From an uncultured Gemmatimonadales bacterium (lineage in GTDB: Bacteria > Gemmatimonadota > Gemmatimonadetes > Gemmatimonadales > GWC2-71-9), in the NCBI GenBank assembly GCA_963795085.1, contig CAWCFX010000001.1, positions 288,001-352,000 of the forward strand: 64,000 nucleotides of DNA. The letters run 5' to 3'. The position numbers and the translations under genes were made by a program. The notes under the pieces are model-generated. The model searched no databases, was not told the DNA's origin, and was given only the letters and a program-made list of their open reading frames with translations. The number at the start of each line of letters is the position of its first letter. Position 1 is the stretch's first letter. Below are positions 1 to 10,433 of this stretch, one piece after another.

Positions 1-2
1 TC

Positions 3-143
3 GCGGCGGTACAGGGGCTGGGCGGGCGGGAGTCGGTGCTGCTGACCGGAACGGCGGAGATCAAGGAAAGCGCGGAACGCGCGGCGGTGTTCGCGGTGCT
101 GGATGCCACCAACCGGTGGATCGCGGCGCGGCGGCCGAGCTAA
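3..143 (+). CDS. 3' end of a hypothetical protein (runs off window start)
   Basis: Open frame AAVQGLGGRESVLLTGTAEIKESAERAAVFAVLDATNRWIAARRPS ending TAA at 141-143; high-GC codon style. Confidence 0.6.
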   Translation, partial: AAVQGLGGRESVLLTGTAEIKESAERAAVFAVLDATNRWIAARRPS

Positions 144-343
144 GGCATAGCGGTACTGGCGAAAGTCATCGGCGAGTGCCGAGAAAGGAAAATGCGGGAG
201 GGGGCCCGATTGCAGGTCAAGGGAAGGAACTAGCGGACGAAGAGCGGGAAAATTGAGCGGAGCGTCTGGTAAACCTTAGCGGGGTTTGCCACTTCCGATG
301 GGAAACATCCACCTGAAGTCCCGTGTTAGGGGGTGACGCTCAA

Positions 344-409
344 ATGGTATCAGCTACGATCAGGTTTTTGATGAAGGTGTTGGGCGCTGGTGAGAACCAG
401 TCTTGGTAG
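344..409 (+). CDS. Putative 21-aa peptide MVSATIRFLMKVLGAGENQSW (candidate signalling peptide precursor)
   Basis: Read directly: ATG 344, TAG 407-409, SD-like AGGGGGTG at 328-335 (8 nt upstream); directly upstream of the HD-GYP gene; below the ORF-track length cutoff. Confidence 0.55.
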   Translation: MVSATIRFLMKVLGAGENQSW

Positions 410-463
410 CAAACTCGGGTCCCCACCCATTTTTCCGATAACGATTGTTTGGCTACGACACGA

Positions 464-1849
464 ATGCAGACACCTTCAAAGATAGCTGTTCTGGTCACCT
501 GTGTAACGGTTGCCGCCATCTTGGCAGCAGTCGTGTCGTCGGCTATGCCGGGTGGCGAGCCTGGCGGAGCATGGGAGATTGTTTGTTTCATCATAATTGC
601 CCTGATTCTTGAACGAAGTGGCACCTCGCTTCGGATCCAAGGCGCCGGTTCCACTGCCTTCATAATCAATATTTGTGCGGCCGTTCTATTTGGCGCCGGG
701 TGGGGAGCGTTGATCGCTGGCACCGCCATGGCGATTAGCCAGGTCAGTCACAAGAAGCCTCTTGTGAAGGCCTTGTTCAATACCGCTCAGATGGTGCTTT
801 CTATTGTTATCGCCGTCGCTGTCTACCAAGGTTTGGGCGGGTCAGTTCCACCCTCATATCTGTCCGTTTCCCAAGGCGTAGCTACTACTGCGGTGCAAAG
901 AGATTTTGCCCTCTTCTTCGTCTTGGCCCTGACTTACTTTCTAGTCAACTCGCTCCTGGTCAACAGCGCCATTGCGGTTGCCTCTAAACGAAATTTCATT
1001 GAGGTTTGGGGCGCGAATACGCGAGGTGTCATCGGCTATGACATGGCGGCCAGCGCGATATCTATGGTCATGGCCTGGCTGTTTGTCTATAGTCAGCAGA
1101 ACTGGGGCTTTGGCTCGATTGCCATACTTGCCGTTGTCTTACCTATCGCATTTGTTAGGAAGACTTACGGCATGTATCGGGGACTGGAGGCGACTAGTCA
1201 GGAGCTTCTAGAAGTGATGGTTAAGGCAATAGAGTCTAGGGATCCCTATACCTCAGGGCATTCGGAGCGAGTGGCGGCATTGTCTCGGGTAATTGCTCAG
1301 GAAGTCGGTGGCTTCAGCAAGGATGACGTAGATAAGATCTATAAGGCGGCTCTGCTTCACGATGTTGGCAAAATGTACGAGGAGTTCGCGCCTCTCTTAA
1401 GAAAGGAAACGAAGCTTACGCAAGAAGAGCGGGAGCTCCTTCAGACACATGCGGTGAGAAGTGCAGAGCTTGTTGGCATTGTATCATCCTTCAAGGGGAT
1501 GGTCCTGGAATCCGTAAGGAGCCATCACGAAAGGTGGGATGGCCGTGGTTATCCTAGCGGCATCGCAGGGGAATCGATTCCAATCGGAGCCAGGATTATC
1601 ATGGTTTCTGATACAATCGATGCCATGACAACCGATCGGCCCTATCGAAAGGCACTCGGAGTCGATGTGGTAATTGCCGAACTTCAGAAGCACCGCGGCA
1701 CACAGTTTGATCCTGTCTTGGTGGATCTAGTTATCGGCTCCGTTACCATACGGCGCTTGATTACGCTTTCTGCCGCAAGTCCCGCCGTCCAAGGCTCCAA
1801 GCAAGTGGACTTGATAAGGACCGGCCAGTTCCATCGCAAGGTCAACTAG
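464..1849 (+). CDS. Membrane-anchored HD-GYP domain protein (putative c-di-GMP phosphodiesterase)
   Basis: About 7-8 N-terminal hydrophobic segments, then RDPYTSGHSERV, LLHDVGK, HHERWDGRGYP, DAMTTDRPYRKAL; start ATG 464 or TTG 449. Confidence 0.9.
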   Translation: MQTPSKIAVLVTCVTVAAILAAVVSSAMPGGEPGGAWEIVCFIIIALILERSGTSLRIQGAGSTAFIINICAAVLFGAGWGALIAGTAMAISQVSHKKPLVKALFNTAQMVLSIVIAVAVYQGLGGSVPPSYLSVSQGVATTAVQRDFALFFVLALTYFLVNSLLVNSAIAVASKRNFIEVWGANTRGVIGYDMAASAISMVMAWLFVYSQQNWGFGSIAILAVVLPIAFVRKTYGMYRGLEATSQELLEVMVKAIESRDPYTSGHSERVAALSRVIAQEVGGFSKDDVDKIYKAALLHDVGKMYEEFAPLLRKETKLTQEERELLQTHAVRSAELVGIVSSFKGMVLESVRSHHERWDGRGYPSGIAGESIPIGARIIMVSDTIDAMTTDRPYRKALGVDVVIAELQKHRGTQFDPVLVDLVIGSVTIRRLITLSAASPAVQGSKQVDLIRTGQFHRKVN

Positions 1850-4800
1850 GGATTATTTTTCGGGCTGGCATAAATCCCAGTCGTTCCAGGAACTGTCCAA
1901 CCGCAGGAGGTAGCGTTTCCAGTTCTCTCCGTAGGATCTCCTCAAGGCCAGTCGTATCCTGCCCCAAATGATTTCCAGTAACTATGACGGCACATAGAAT
2001 CTCGGTACGGTCGATCCTGTCATAAGTGTTCCGATTCTCAAACATTTTCTGAAGGCGGGGCGGTGGCACTTCCTTCTTGGAATTGCTGCAAGCAAGAAAC
2101 GCGACCCATCTAGCGAAAAGTCCCGCTGTATTTGGGCTTTGCAAGCGTTCCAAGCTGCTTGAAGTAGCCGCCTTGGCGACTCCCATAGCTTCATGAGTCC
2201 TGCCCAAGAGCAGCAAGCAATCAGCTAAGAAGAGCAGGCAGTTCTGCCTGATACGCAAGCTGTCTGTTGTTCCGGCAATTTGTTGGAGTTGCTCAAGCAC
2301 AGGTCGGGTCTCACCTTCGCGCCCCAAGATGGCAGTCGCAACAGCACCGTGGTATAAGCAGTGCGACAGATCATCTGTCTTTCTGTGTCCGTCATGTTCC
2401 AGCGCGGCACCAAGCCACGTTACCGCCTCCCGGTATTGGCCGAGCCTGGTGGAGCATCGGACGAGATTCGCCGCGACCCTGCTGCTCATACGCTCGTTTC
2501 CGACATGTTTCGCAATAACGAAAGCACGATAATGATGGGCGGTAGCATGCTCGTAGCTGCCAACTGCGGCATGTATGTTTCCTAGTGCCTCATGCACGGC
2601 GACCGCAACGGTATTCGCGGAATGCCGATCATCCAATCTTTGGGCTGCACATTCAAGTTCCTGGATAGCCTGGTCTGTGCGGCCTGCATGATAGTGAAGG
2701 ATGCCGCTTGCAACGGTGACGGTCGCATAGTCTTCATCGCTTAGTATAAGCCCTTCAAACGACAAGAGGATACAGGCCATTTGCGTTGATAATGAGGGTA
2801 CAATGGGTACATACACCTGAAGATAGGCTGCACTCCTAAATGCTTGCACCCTAGTGGCAATGTTCGAATCAGCTTGGGCGATTCTCAAGAGATGAACAAT
2901 CAAATCGTCTGTTGAGTCAGCGCTAATTATGCTTAGCCTACGTTTTGCCTCCACTGACAACACGAAAGCGGCAGTTGCTCTTGGATCACTGGGTGAAATT
3001 GGTTGAGAGGATAATACCGCCAGCGTGTCTTCCCATCGACCTTGCTCATGTAGCGCTTCCGCCAGTAGTAGCTGTGCATCAGTCCTTTTAGGCTCCTTGA
3101 GATCACCAAGCGCAGTCACCAGCGCCCGCTCCGCCTCGTGCGGCGCCCCGTGCCGGATGGCTTCCCGCGCACCGCTTAGCAGGTAGGGCGTCGCCCGTTC
3201 CAGTAGTCCCCCGCGGATACAGTGCCATGCGATCTCCAGCCCCGGAATGCTGATCCCCTGCTGCTCCTGGGCCAGGAGCCGCTCGGCGATGCTCCGGTGG
3301 AGGGTGCGCCGCACCGGTGATGGCACCTGCAGGTACGCCTGACCCCGCACCAGCTCATTGCAGAATTCCAGCCCGCGGCCGCCATCCCGCAGGATCCGCA
3401 TGTCGGTCAGCTTGCCCAGCCCGGTCATGGTCTGGCCGATGGTCACGTCGGCCAGCGAGTACAGGTCAATATCGTTGACCCGCGACCCCAGGACCGACGC
3501 CATATTGAGGACGTTCCGCACCGATGGCTCCAGTCCCTGGACCAGGCGTTGCACGATCAGCTTGTAGGTGAGCGAGGGTCCGTCCGCCGTCCGGGGTTCC
3601 TCGGTCATGGCCCCGATTGAAAGAGCCAGGCACTGCTCGCCGTTGGTCTCCCAGTCCTGCACCAGGTACTCGAGCACCATGGGATATCCAGCCGAGGCAT
3701 GGAGCAGCGCTCGCCGGACCGCGGCCGAGGGCTGGGGCCGGTCGGACGGAAGCAGGATCACCAGGAGGTCATCGGACTCCTGGGGCGACATCGGAGGCAG
3801 GTCCAGGATCTGCATCCGAAGCGGTGCATGGCCTTCCCGGAGCCACGCGGCATGGGGAGACTGTCCCAGCTCCGCCGGACGGGCCGCGAGCAGGACCATG
3901 ATGCGCTGGTCCTGGGTCCGCCGCATGACCAGGTGGAGGACCGCCAGGCTGGCGTCGTCGGCGAGGTGGACGTCGTCGATAATCAGGATGACCGGATGCT
4001 CTTCCGCGATGGAAAGGGTGAGCTGCTGGAAGGCCTCCGTGAGCCGGAGCCGGGCGGTTTCCCCCTGGGTCTCCAGCGGGTCGGGAATCGAGGGATACCG
4101 GCGCCGGATCTCGGGGACCGTGCGGGAGAGTTCCGCCAGCCATTCGGGAGGTGTTCCCGAGACGCCGGGCCGGTCCAGCAGCCCCGCCACCAGCCCGGTG
4201 ATGGCGGCATAGGGAATCTCCCGCTCAACCTCGTAGCAGGACACCCGGCTGAGCGCCGCGCCCTCGAGCCCGGCCGCCGTGCCCACCCGCTCGATCAGCG
4301 TGCTCTTTCCCACGCCGGAGTCGCCCAGGACCAGGGCATGGTGAGGATAGCGGCGCATGGTATTCTCCCACGATTCATACAGCGCGCGATACTCCTCGGC
4401 CCGCCCGATGAACGGCCGGCCCCGCCACTGGTCGGTCGGCACGGTGGGGATATTGGTACTGACCGTCTCCCAGTCGCGGCGCCGGAGCCGGATGGCGATG
4501 CCCTCCACCAGCGGCGATGGCGTGGCATGCAGCTGCTCATCCAGTTTTGCCTTCCATGCCTCGTAGATCTTGAGCGACGTGAGCCGGTCGCCATCGAAGG
4601 CCCGCGCTTCCATGCGGGCCCGGATGCCGTCTTCGCTCAGTTCATCGATGTCCAGCAGGTTGTGGCCGATCGACTCGATCCGCTTGAAATCGCCGGTGCG
4701 GCGGCAGCGGTCAATCATGCGGACGAGGGCGTCCCGCACGACTGGCACCCAGCGGGCCCGCTGCCGGTCGGTCCAGAGCATGAATTCGTGGGCGTCGGCG

Positions 4801-5186
4801 ACCTCGAAATCCTGGAGGAATCCGCCGATCGCCAGGCCGGTCCGGAATTCGTCACCGAACAGATCGCCCGCGGCCAGCCGGTCGAGATCCAGCGTGAGGT
4901 TGATGGTGGCCAGGCGGAGATGGTCCCGGTCGCCCACCAGGACCTCGCGACCCAGCTTACCCCGGATCACCGAGGCCGCCGTGGCCAGGGAGTGGCGCCC
5001 TTCGTTGGGGGTGCCGGAGCCCCAGAGCAGGTCCGCCAGTTTCTCCCGCCGGTGGGGAATCCGCGGTTCCAGCGCAAGGTAGATGAGCAGGGCCACATGC
5101 TTCCGCACCCGGAATCGCACGGGCTCACCGCCGGGCGAAATCAGCTGAGGACGGCCCAGACAACGAAGATGATACGGCTGGCCCAT
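1842..5186 (-). CDS. BTAD/SARP-type transcriptional regulator with P-loop ATPase and C-terminal TPR-like repeats
   Basis: N-terminal LRCLGRPQL..ALLIYLAL..RREKLADLLW wHTH/BTAD; Walker A GDSGVGKS; Walker B IIDDVHLAD; GYPMVL; helical repeats at C-terminus; start set at ATG 5186. Confidence 0.85.
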   Translation of the reverse strand: MGQPYHLRCLGRPQLISPGGEPVRFRVRKHVALLIYLALEPRIPHRREKLADLLWGSGTPNEGRHSLATAASVIRGKLGREVLVGDRDHLRLATINLTLDLDRLAAGDLFGDEFRTGLAIGGFLQDFEVADAHEFMLWTDRQRARWVPVVRDALVRMIDRCRRTGDFKRIESIGHNLLDIDELSEDGIRARMEARAFDGDRLTSLKIYEAWKAKLDEQLHATPSPLVEGIAIRLRRRDWETVSTNIPTVPTDQWRGRPFIGRAEEYRALYESWENTMRRYPHHALVLGDSGVGKSTLIERVGTAAGLEGAALSRVSCYEVEREIPYAAITGLVAGLLDRPGVSGTPPEWLAELSRTVPEIRRRYPSIPDPLETQGETARLRLTEAFQQLTLSIAEEHPVILIIDDVHLADDASLAVLHLVMRRTQDQRIMVLLAARPAELGQSPHAAWLREGHAPLRMQILDLPPMSPQESDDLLVILLPSDRPQPSAAVRRALLHASAGYPMVLEYLVQDWETNGEQCLALSIGAMTEEPRTADGPSLTYKLIVQRLVQGLEPSVRNVLNMASVLGSRVNDIDLYSLADVTIGQTMTGLGKLTDMRILRDGGRGLEFCNELVRGQAYLQVPSPVRRTLHRSIAERLLAQEQQGISIPGLEIAWHCIRGGLLERATPYLLSGAREAIRHGAPHEAERALVTALGDLKEPKRTDAQLLLAEALHEQGRWEDTLAVLSSQPISPSDPRATAAFVLSVEAKRRLSIISADSTDDLIVHLLRIAQADSNIATRVQAFRSAAYLQVYVPIVPSLSTQMACILLSFEGLILSDEDYATVTVASGILHYHAGRTDQAIQELECAAQRLDDRHSANTVAVAVHEALGNIHAAVGSYEHATAHHYRAFVIAKHVGNERMSSRVAANLVRCSTRLGQYREAVTWLGAALEHDGHRKTDDLSHCLYHGAVATAILGREGETRPVLEQLQQIAGTTDSLRIRQNCLLFLADCLLLLGRTHEAMGVAKAATSSSLERLQSPNTAGLFARWVAFLACSNSKKEVPPPRLQKMFENRNTYDRIDRTEILCAVIVTGNHLGQDTTGLEEILRRELETLPPAVGQFLERLGFMPARKIIPS

Positions 5187-5520
5187 GAGGTTATTGCCCG
5201 GAGTGTCATCGGAAAAGTGCGGGTCCAGCCTCAACCAAGGATCAAACGCAAGCCCCGGAAGCGGTTGCGCCCTCATAGAGCGTGAACCAGAAATCGCGTT
5301 CTGTCCAGATGCGGATCCTTCAACCCCTTCGGCAAATCGGTTATCTTTGCCCCCGCTGAGGCATACCCATTGCAGCACGTTGGGGCGAGCTTCTGGATGG
5401 ACCTGATCCAGAGCCTCGGCCGAAACGGTAAGTCCAACAAATTCAACGCATTAACTGAAAGCCCCTGGGATACCCCGGGGCCCGACTGTCCCGTTCCTGA
5501 CCCTTGAGGAGTCTCTTCCG

Positions 5521-6420
5521 ATGCGCAAACTGCAAGCTGCTGGATTCGCCGCCGCCCTGGCCCTGTTGGCCGGAGCCTGCGGCAGCGACAACAACGATCC
5601 CGCGATCACCGATGAGCAGGGCGCCGCCATCGGCGAGGCCATCGCCTCCCAATTGGCGACCGCTCCCAGCAGCTTTACCGCGACGGATTTCACCGCCACC
5701 GCCACCGGCGGCGGAATCTTCTTTTCCCGGGGTGGCCTGTCCGTCCGGCGCCCCGCCGGCGGCCCGGCGCTCACCCTGCAGCCTCCCTGTGGTGTGCCGA
5801 GCGATCCCACCGACAGCGACCAGGACGGGGTGCCGGATGACGCGACCTATACCTTCCTCGCCGCCGACTGCTCCGGCCCCGGCTATGAAGTGACAGGCAG
5901 CATCCGGATCCAGGACGTCCAGGCGGCCGTGGGGTACATCGCCACCTATGCCAACTTCAAGACCACGTTCTTCGGGCAGGGCAATGAGTTCGTCTCGCTG
6001 GAGTTCGACGGCAGCCACGGGGTCTCCGGCAGCGTGTCGCTGGCGGCCCTGGCGGAAGACCTGACGGTGACCCTGTCCGCCAACCAGGGCGGGCAGAACT
6101 TCAGCGGTACGGTCAGCAACGACTGGTCTCTGAGCTTCGACGCCAGCAACGACGATCTGGCCATGGACAGCCCGCTGCCGGACGGATCGTTCGACATCAA
6201 TGGCAGCTTCGATTACAACATCAGCGGGACCCGCGCCGGGTTTGACATTACCACCGTGTCGCCGCTGGTGTTCGACTCGAGCTGCGGGCTGGATTGGCCC
6301 TTCAGCACCGGCGAGGTCCGGGCCCACCTGGTAGGAGAGGGCGCCAACGTGTATGCCAAGATCGTGTACACCGGCTGCGGCACGGCACCTGACGTGACGT
6401 TCTTCGGACGGAATTCGTGA
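5521..6420 (+). CDS. Hypothetical lipoprotein (beta-rich)
   Basis: SD GAGGAG; signal peptide with lipobox LAGAC. Confidence 0.8.
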   Translation: MRKLQAAGFAAALALLAGACGSDNNDPAITDEQGAAIGEAIASQLATAPSSFTATDFTATATGGGIFFSRGGLSVRRPAGGPALTLQPPCGVPSDPTDSDQDGVPDDATYTFLAADCSGPGYEVTGSIRIQDVQAAVGYIATYANFKTTFFGQGNEFVSLEFDGSHGVSGSVSLAALAEDLTVTLSANQGGQNFSGTVSNDWSLSFDASNDDLAMDSPLPDGSFDINGSFDYNISGTRAGFDITTVSPLVFDSSCGLDWPFSTGEVRAHLVGEGANVYAKIVYTGCGTAPDVTFFGRNS

Positions 6421-6464
6421 TCCAGGCGGGCGGGTTGCGACCCGCCCGCAGCAGGAAGCAAACC

Positions 6465-6498
6465 AGCGGTGAACGGGACCCTCCTGTTCACCGCTTTT
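6465..6498 (+). terminator. Intrinsic terminator
   Basis: AGCGGTGAAC/GTTCACCGCT stem plus T-run; a second hairpin lies at 6426-6449. Confidence 0.6.
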
Positions 6499-6612
6499 GC
6501 CAGCCGGCGACTCGCCGGGATGCAGGATCTTCAGATGAGACCACCCTCTGCTGTCCGTCCCACACCCTAGAGTCTATCTTTCCAGGCAATTGACTCTCGC
6601 CTGGGTATCCCA

Positions 6613-8277
6613 TTGCTCGTTCCTAAACTCTTCACCATGCTCCGGGGCTACACCCGGGAGCAGCTTATCGCAGACGCGATTGCCGGGGTGATTGTCGGCA
6701 TCGTCGCGCTCCCGCTGGCGATAGCATTTGCGATCGCCAGCGGAGTCCCGCCTGAGGCCGGCCTCATCACCGCCATTGTGGCCGGTTTCATCATCAGCGC
6801 CCTGGGTGGTTCCCGGGTCCAGATCGGAGGCCCCACCGGTGCCTTCGTGGTGATCGTCTACGGAATTGTCCAGGAATATGGGATGGACGGCCTCCGGGTG
6901 GCGACCATCATGGCGGGGATCATCCTGGTCTGTTTCGGACTGGGCAAGCTCGGCAACTACATCAAGTTCATCCCCTATCCGGTGACCATCGGTTTCACCA
7001 CCGGGATCGCCCTCATCATATTTTCCAGCCAGGTCAAGGACTTCCTCGGCCTTGAGATGGGGTCGGTCCCCGCCGATTTTCTGGAGAAATGGTCGGCCTA
7101 CGGCCAGGCGATCGGCTCCATCAACCCGAGTGCCGCGCTCATTGCCGTTCTCGCGCTTCTCATCATCGTGGTGTGGCCCCGAATCAACCGGCGGATCCCG
7201 GGACCTTTCATTGCGCTCCTGGTCACGACCGCGGTCGTTTACCTGCTCGACGTACCGGTCGAGACCATTGAGCAGCGATTCGGCGGCATCAATGCCCGGC
7301 TGCATCCACCCGAGGTTCCGGTTCTTACCCTGAGCGCGGTGACCAGCCTGGTGGGTCCGGCCTTTACGATTGCATTGCTGGCGGCGATCGAGTCCCTGCT
7401 GTCCGCCGTGGTCGCCGATGGAATGATTGGATCGAAGCACCGCTCCAACATGGAATTGGTCGCCCAGGGTGTGGCCAATATTGCCTCCCCTATCTTTGGG
7501 GGAATTCCCGCGACCGGCGCCATCGCCCGGACCGCCACCAACGTCAAGAACGGCGCCCGCACGCCGGTGGCTGGCATGATCCACGCGCTGACCCTGCTCC
7601 TCATTACGCTTTTCTTCGGTCGCTGGGCGGGACTGATTCCCATGGCGACTCTGGCGGCGATTCTCGTGGTAGTGGCCTACCATATGAGCGAATGGCGGAG
7701 CTTCCGTGCCGAGTTCCGGGCCCCTCGGAGCGATGTCATCGTCATGGCCACCACTTTCTCGCTCACCGTCCTGGTGGACCTGACCGTCGCCATCGAAGTA
7801 GGGATGGTACTGGCCGCGTTCCTGTTCATGAAACGGATGGCGGAAGTCACGAACGTGAGCGCGGTGACGGGCGATTACAGGGAAGAGGAGGAAGAGGAGG
7901 GCGCTGACGTCACTGGGACGTGGCGCCGCCCGATCCCGGAAGGGGTGGAAATTTATGAAGTGAATGGCCCCTTTTTCTTTGGAGCCGCCGAGTCATTCCG
8001 GGAAACGCTGAGCCAGGTGGCGGGAAAGCCTAAAGTGCTGATTATCCGGATGCGGAATGTCCCCGCGATCGATTCCACCGGGGTCCACGCCCTCCGCCAG
8101 GTGGTGACCAGGAGCCAGCGGGAGGGAATCCAGGTCTTTCTCTCCGACGTCCTGGCCCAGCCGATGTCAGCCCTTACCCGTTCGGGGCTCATCGAGGTGA
8201 TGGGGGAAGGGAATGTGCGCGGCAACATCGATGATGCCCTCGACGCAGCCCGCCGCCATGTGGGTCCCCCTCTCTAG
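6613..8277 (+). CDS. SulP/SLC26 family anion permease with STAS domain
   Basis: GVIVGIVALPLAIAFAIASG, GGSRVQIGGPTGAF, PATGAIARTATN; C-terminal STAS (GPFFFGAA, DSTG). Confidence 0.92.
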   Translation: MLVPKLFTMLRGYTREQLIADAIAGVIVGIVALPLAIAFAIASGVPPEAGLITAIVAGFIISALGGSRVQIGGPTGAFVVIVYGIVQEYGMDGLRVATIMAGIILVCFGLGKLGNYIKFIPYPVTIGFTTGIALIIFSSQVKDFLGLEMGSVPADFLEKWSAYGQAIGSINPSAALIAVLALLIIVVWPRINRRIPGPFIALLVTTAVVYLLDVPVETIEQRFGGINARLHPPEVPVLTLSAVTSLVGPAFTIALLAAIESLLSAVVADGMIGSKHRSNMELVAQGVANIASPIFGGIPATGAIARTATNVKNGARTPVAGMIHALTLLLITLFFGRWAGLIPMATLAAILVVVAYHMSEWRSFRAEFRAPRSDVIVMATTFSLTVLVDLTVAIEVGMVLAAFLFMKRMAEVTNVSAVTGDYREEEEEEGADVTGTWRRPIPEGVEIYEVNGPFFFGAAESFRETLSQVAGKPKVLIIRMRNVPAIDSTGVHALRQVVTRSQREGIQVFLSDVLAQPMSALTRSGLIEVMGEGNVRGNIDDALDAARRHVGPPL

Positions 8278-8349
8278 ACTTCCGACCGGGCCGCGTTCCA
8301 AATGGGTATGCCTCTCTCCTGAGGCAAACCTCCAAGCCGCTCCCCCCGA

Positions 8350-8515
8350 TGAGACGCTCCTCCAGCTGGAGGCCGCTGCCACCGCCGTGTGGCGCCAGTC
8401 GGAGCACAATCGCGCCAGATTCTGTCCGCTCACCCCCGGCGGGACGAAAACAGCTGGCCCGGGAAGCCCGTGAGCAGCATCGCGCCGAACTCATGGCCGC
8501 TTTCCTGGCGCCTCT
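8350..8515 (+). pseudogene. Degenerate PadR-family regulator remnant
   Basis: LLQLE...WRQSEHNRARFCPLTP in one frame continues as AGRKQLAREARE in another, resembling the PadR C-terminal W..SENNRRA..Y.LT..GRKQL motif; no intact N-terminus. Confidence 0.45.
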
Positions 8516-8626
8516 GCAGTGGGTCTGTGAATGTGGTTCTGATTATCCCTTTGAGAGCAGTGTCCAGGCAGGTTGCCTCCTGGCCACCGGCCCCTTGGCC
8601 CCCAGGCCCCCTGACCCTCTTTCGAA

Positions 8627-8657
8627 GAGGCCTCCGCCCCCTATAGAGGGAATATCG
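8627..8657 (+). repeat. Dispersed 31-bp element, copy 1
   Basis: GAGGCCTCCGCCCCCTATAGAGGGAATATCG, identical at 22351 and 28296. Confidence 0.95.
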
Positions 8658-8743
8658 CTCCTCGGTCGGCCATTTCGGTCACCCGGAAACCGCGAGCACC
8701 AACAGGAAAGCGCGGCAATCGCCGATCGCTCGGATTGGTCCAC

Positions 8744-8771
8744 TTGACACTCCCGGTCGCCAGGCGATACT
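8744..8771 (+). promoter_or_regulatory. Putative sigma70 promoter
   Basis: TTGACA-16 nt-GATACT upstream of the lipoprotein gene. Confidence 0.5.
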
Positions 8772-8834
8772 GGATGAGTGGCCCTCGCTGCACGTCGGGG
8801 GTGGCGGCAAGTTTACATCACTCTGGAGGGCAGC

Positions 8835-9275
8835 ATGTTCAAGTCCATCGTGGCGGGCGGGATCGCACTCGCCCTGATCACGGGGTGTGGCGACGGCGAC
8901 TCCACCGGAGTCAGCCTCGACGACCTGGCCGGCACGTACGCCGCCACCAGCTTTGAGTTCCGGGCCGTGGGCGACCCCACGACCACCTACGACCTGGTGC
9001 AGGATGGCGGCGCCACGATCGAGCTGACCGTGGAAGCCGATGCCGACTATCTGCTGGTCGCCCAGGTGCCGGGATTCCCCGACGACATGGAATCCGGAAC
9101 CCTCGATATCACCGGTGACGACATCACGTTCAACTCCACCGACGTTTCCTCCGGGCCCTTCTCCCTGTCCGGCTCGATCCTGACCATCACCATCACGTCC
9201 GGCGCCGAGTTCGATTTCGACGGGGACGCCACGGATGAGCCGGCCACGGTGCACCTGGTCTTCCAGAAAACATGA
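8835..9275 (+). CDS. Hypothetical lipoprotein (lipocalin-like beta strands)
   Basis: SD GGAGG, ATG 8835, lipobox ITGC, LAGTY motif. Confidence 0.8.
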   Translation: MFKSIVAGGIALALITGCGDGDSTGVSLDDLAGTYAATSFEFRAVGDPTTTYDLVQDGGATIELTVEADADYLLVAQVPGFPDDMESGTLDITGDDITFNSTDVSSGPFSLSGSILTITITSGAEFDFDGDATDEPATVHLVFQKT

Positions 9276-9288
9276 GCAATGGTGCGAG

Positions 9289-9390
9289 CTCACTTCTTGT
9301 CACGAAGGCACGAAGAGCAGCATGAAGAAAAAAGCACGAACCACGGGGCTTCGCGGTTCGTGCTTTTCGTATTCATGTCTTCGTGGTGAG
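9289..9390. terminator. Long imperfect inverted repeat between convergent genes (likely bidirectional terminator)
   Basis: AAAGCACGAACC/GGTTCGTGCTTT core, extended by CATGAA/TTCATG and CACGAAG/CTTCGTG. Confidence 0.6.
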
Positions 9391-9419
9391 TCCCAACGGT
9401 TCGCGGGAGAGGTCTCCGC

Positions 9420-10433
<1,014 letters not shown>

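Noticed and set aside
144..3120. Low-GC block as a prophage or IS-borne island
   Set aside because: No integrase, transposase, tRNA target or terminal repeats seen, and the boundary is in-frame within a gene.
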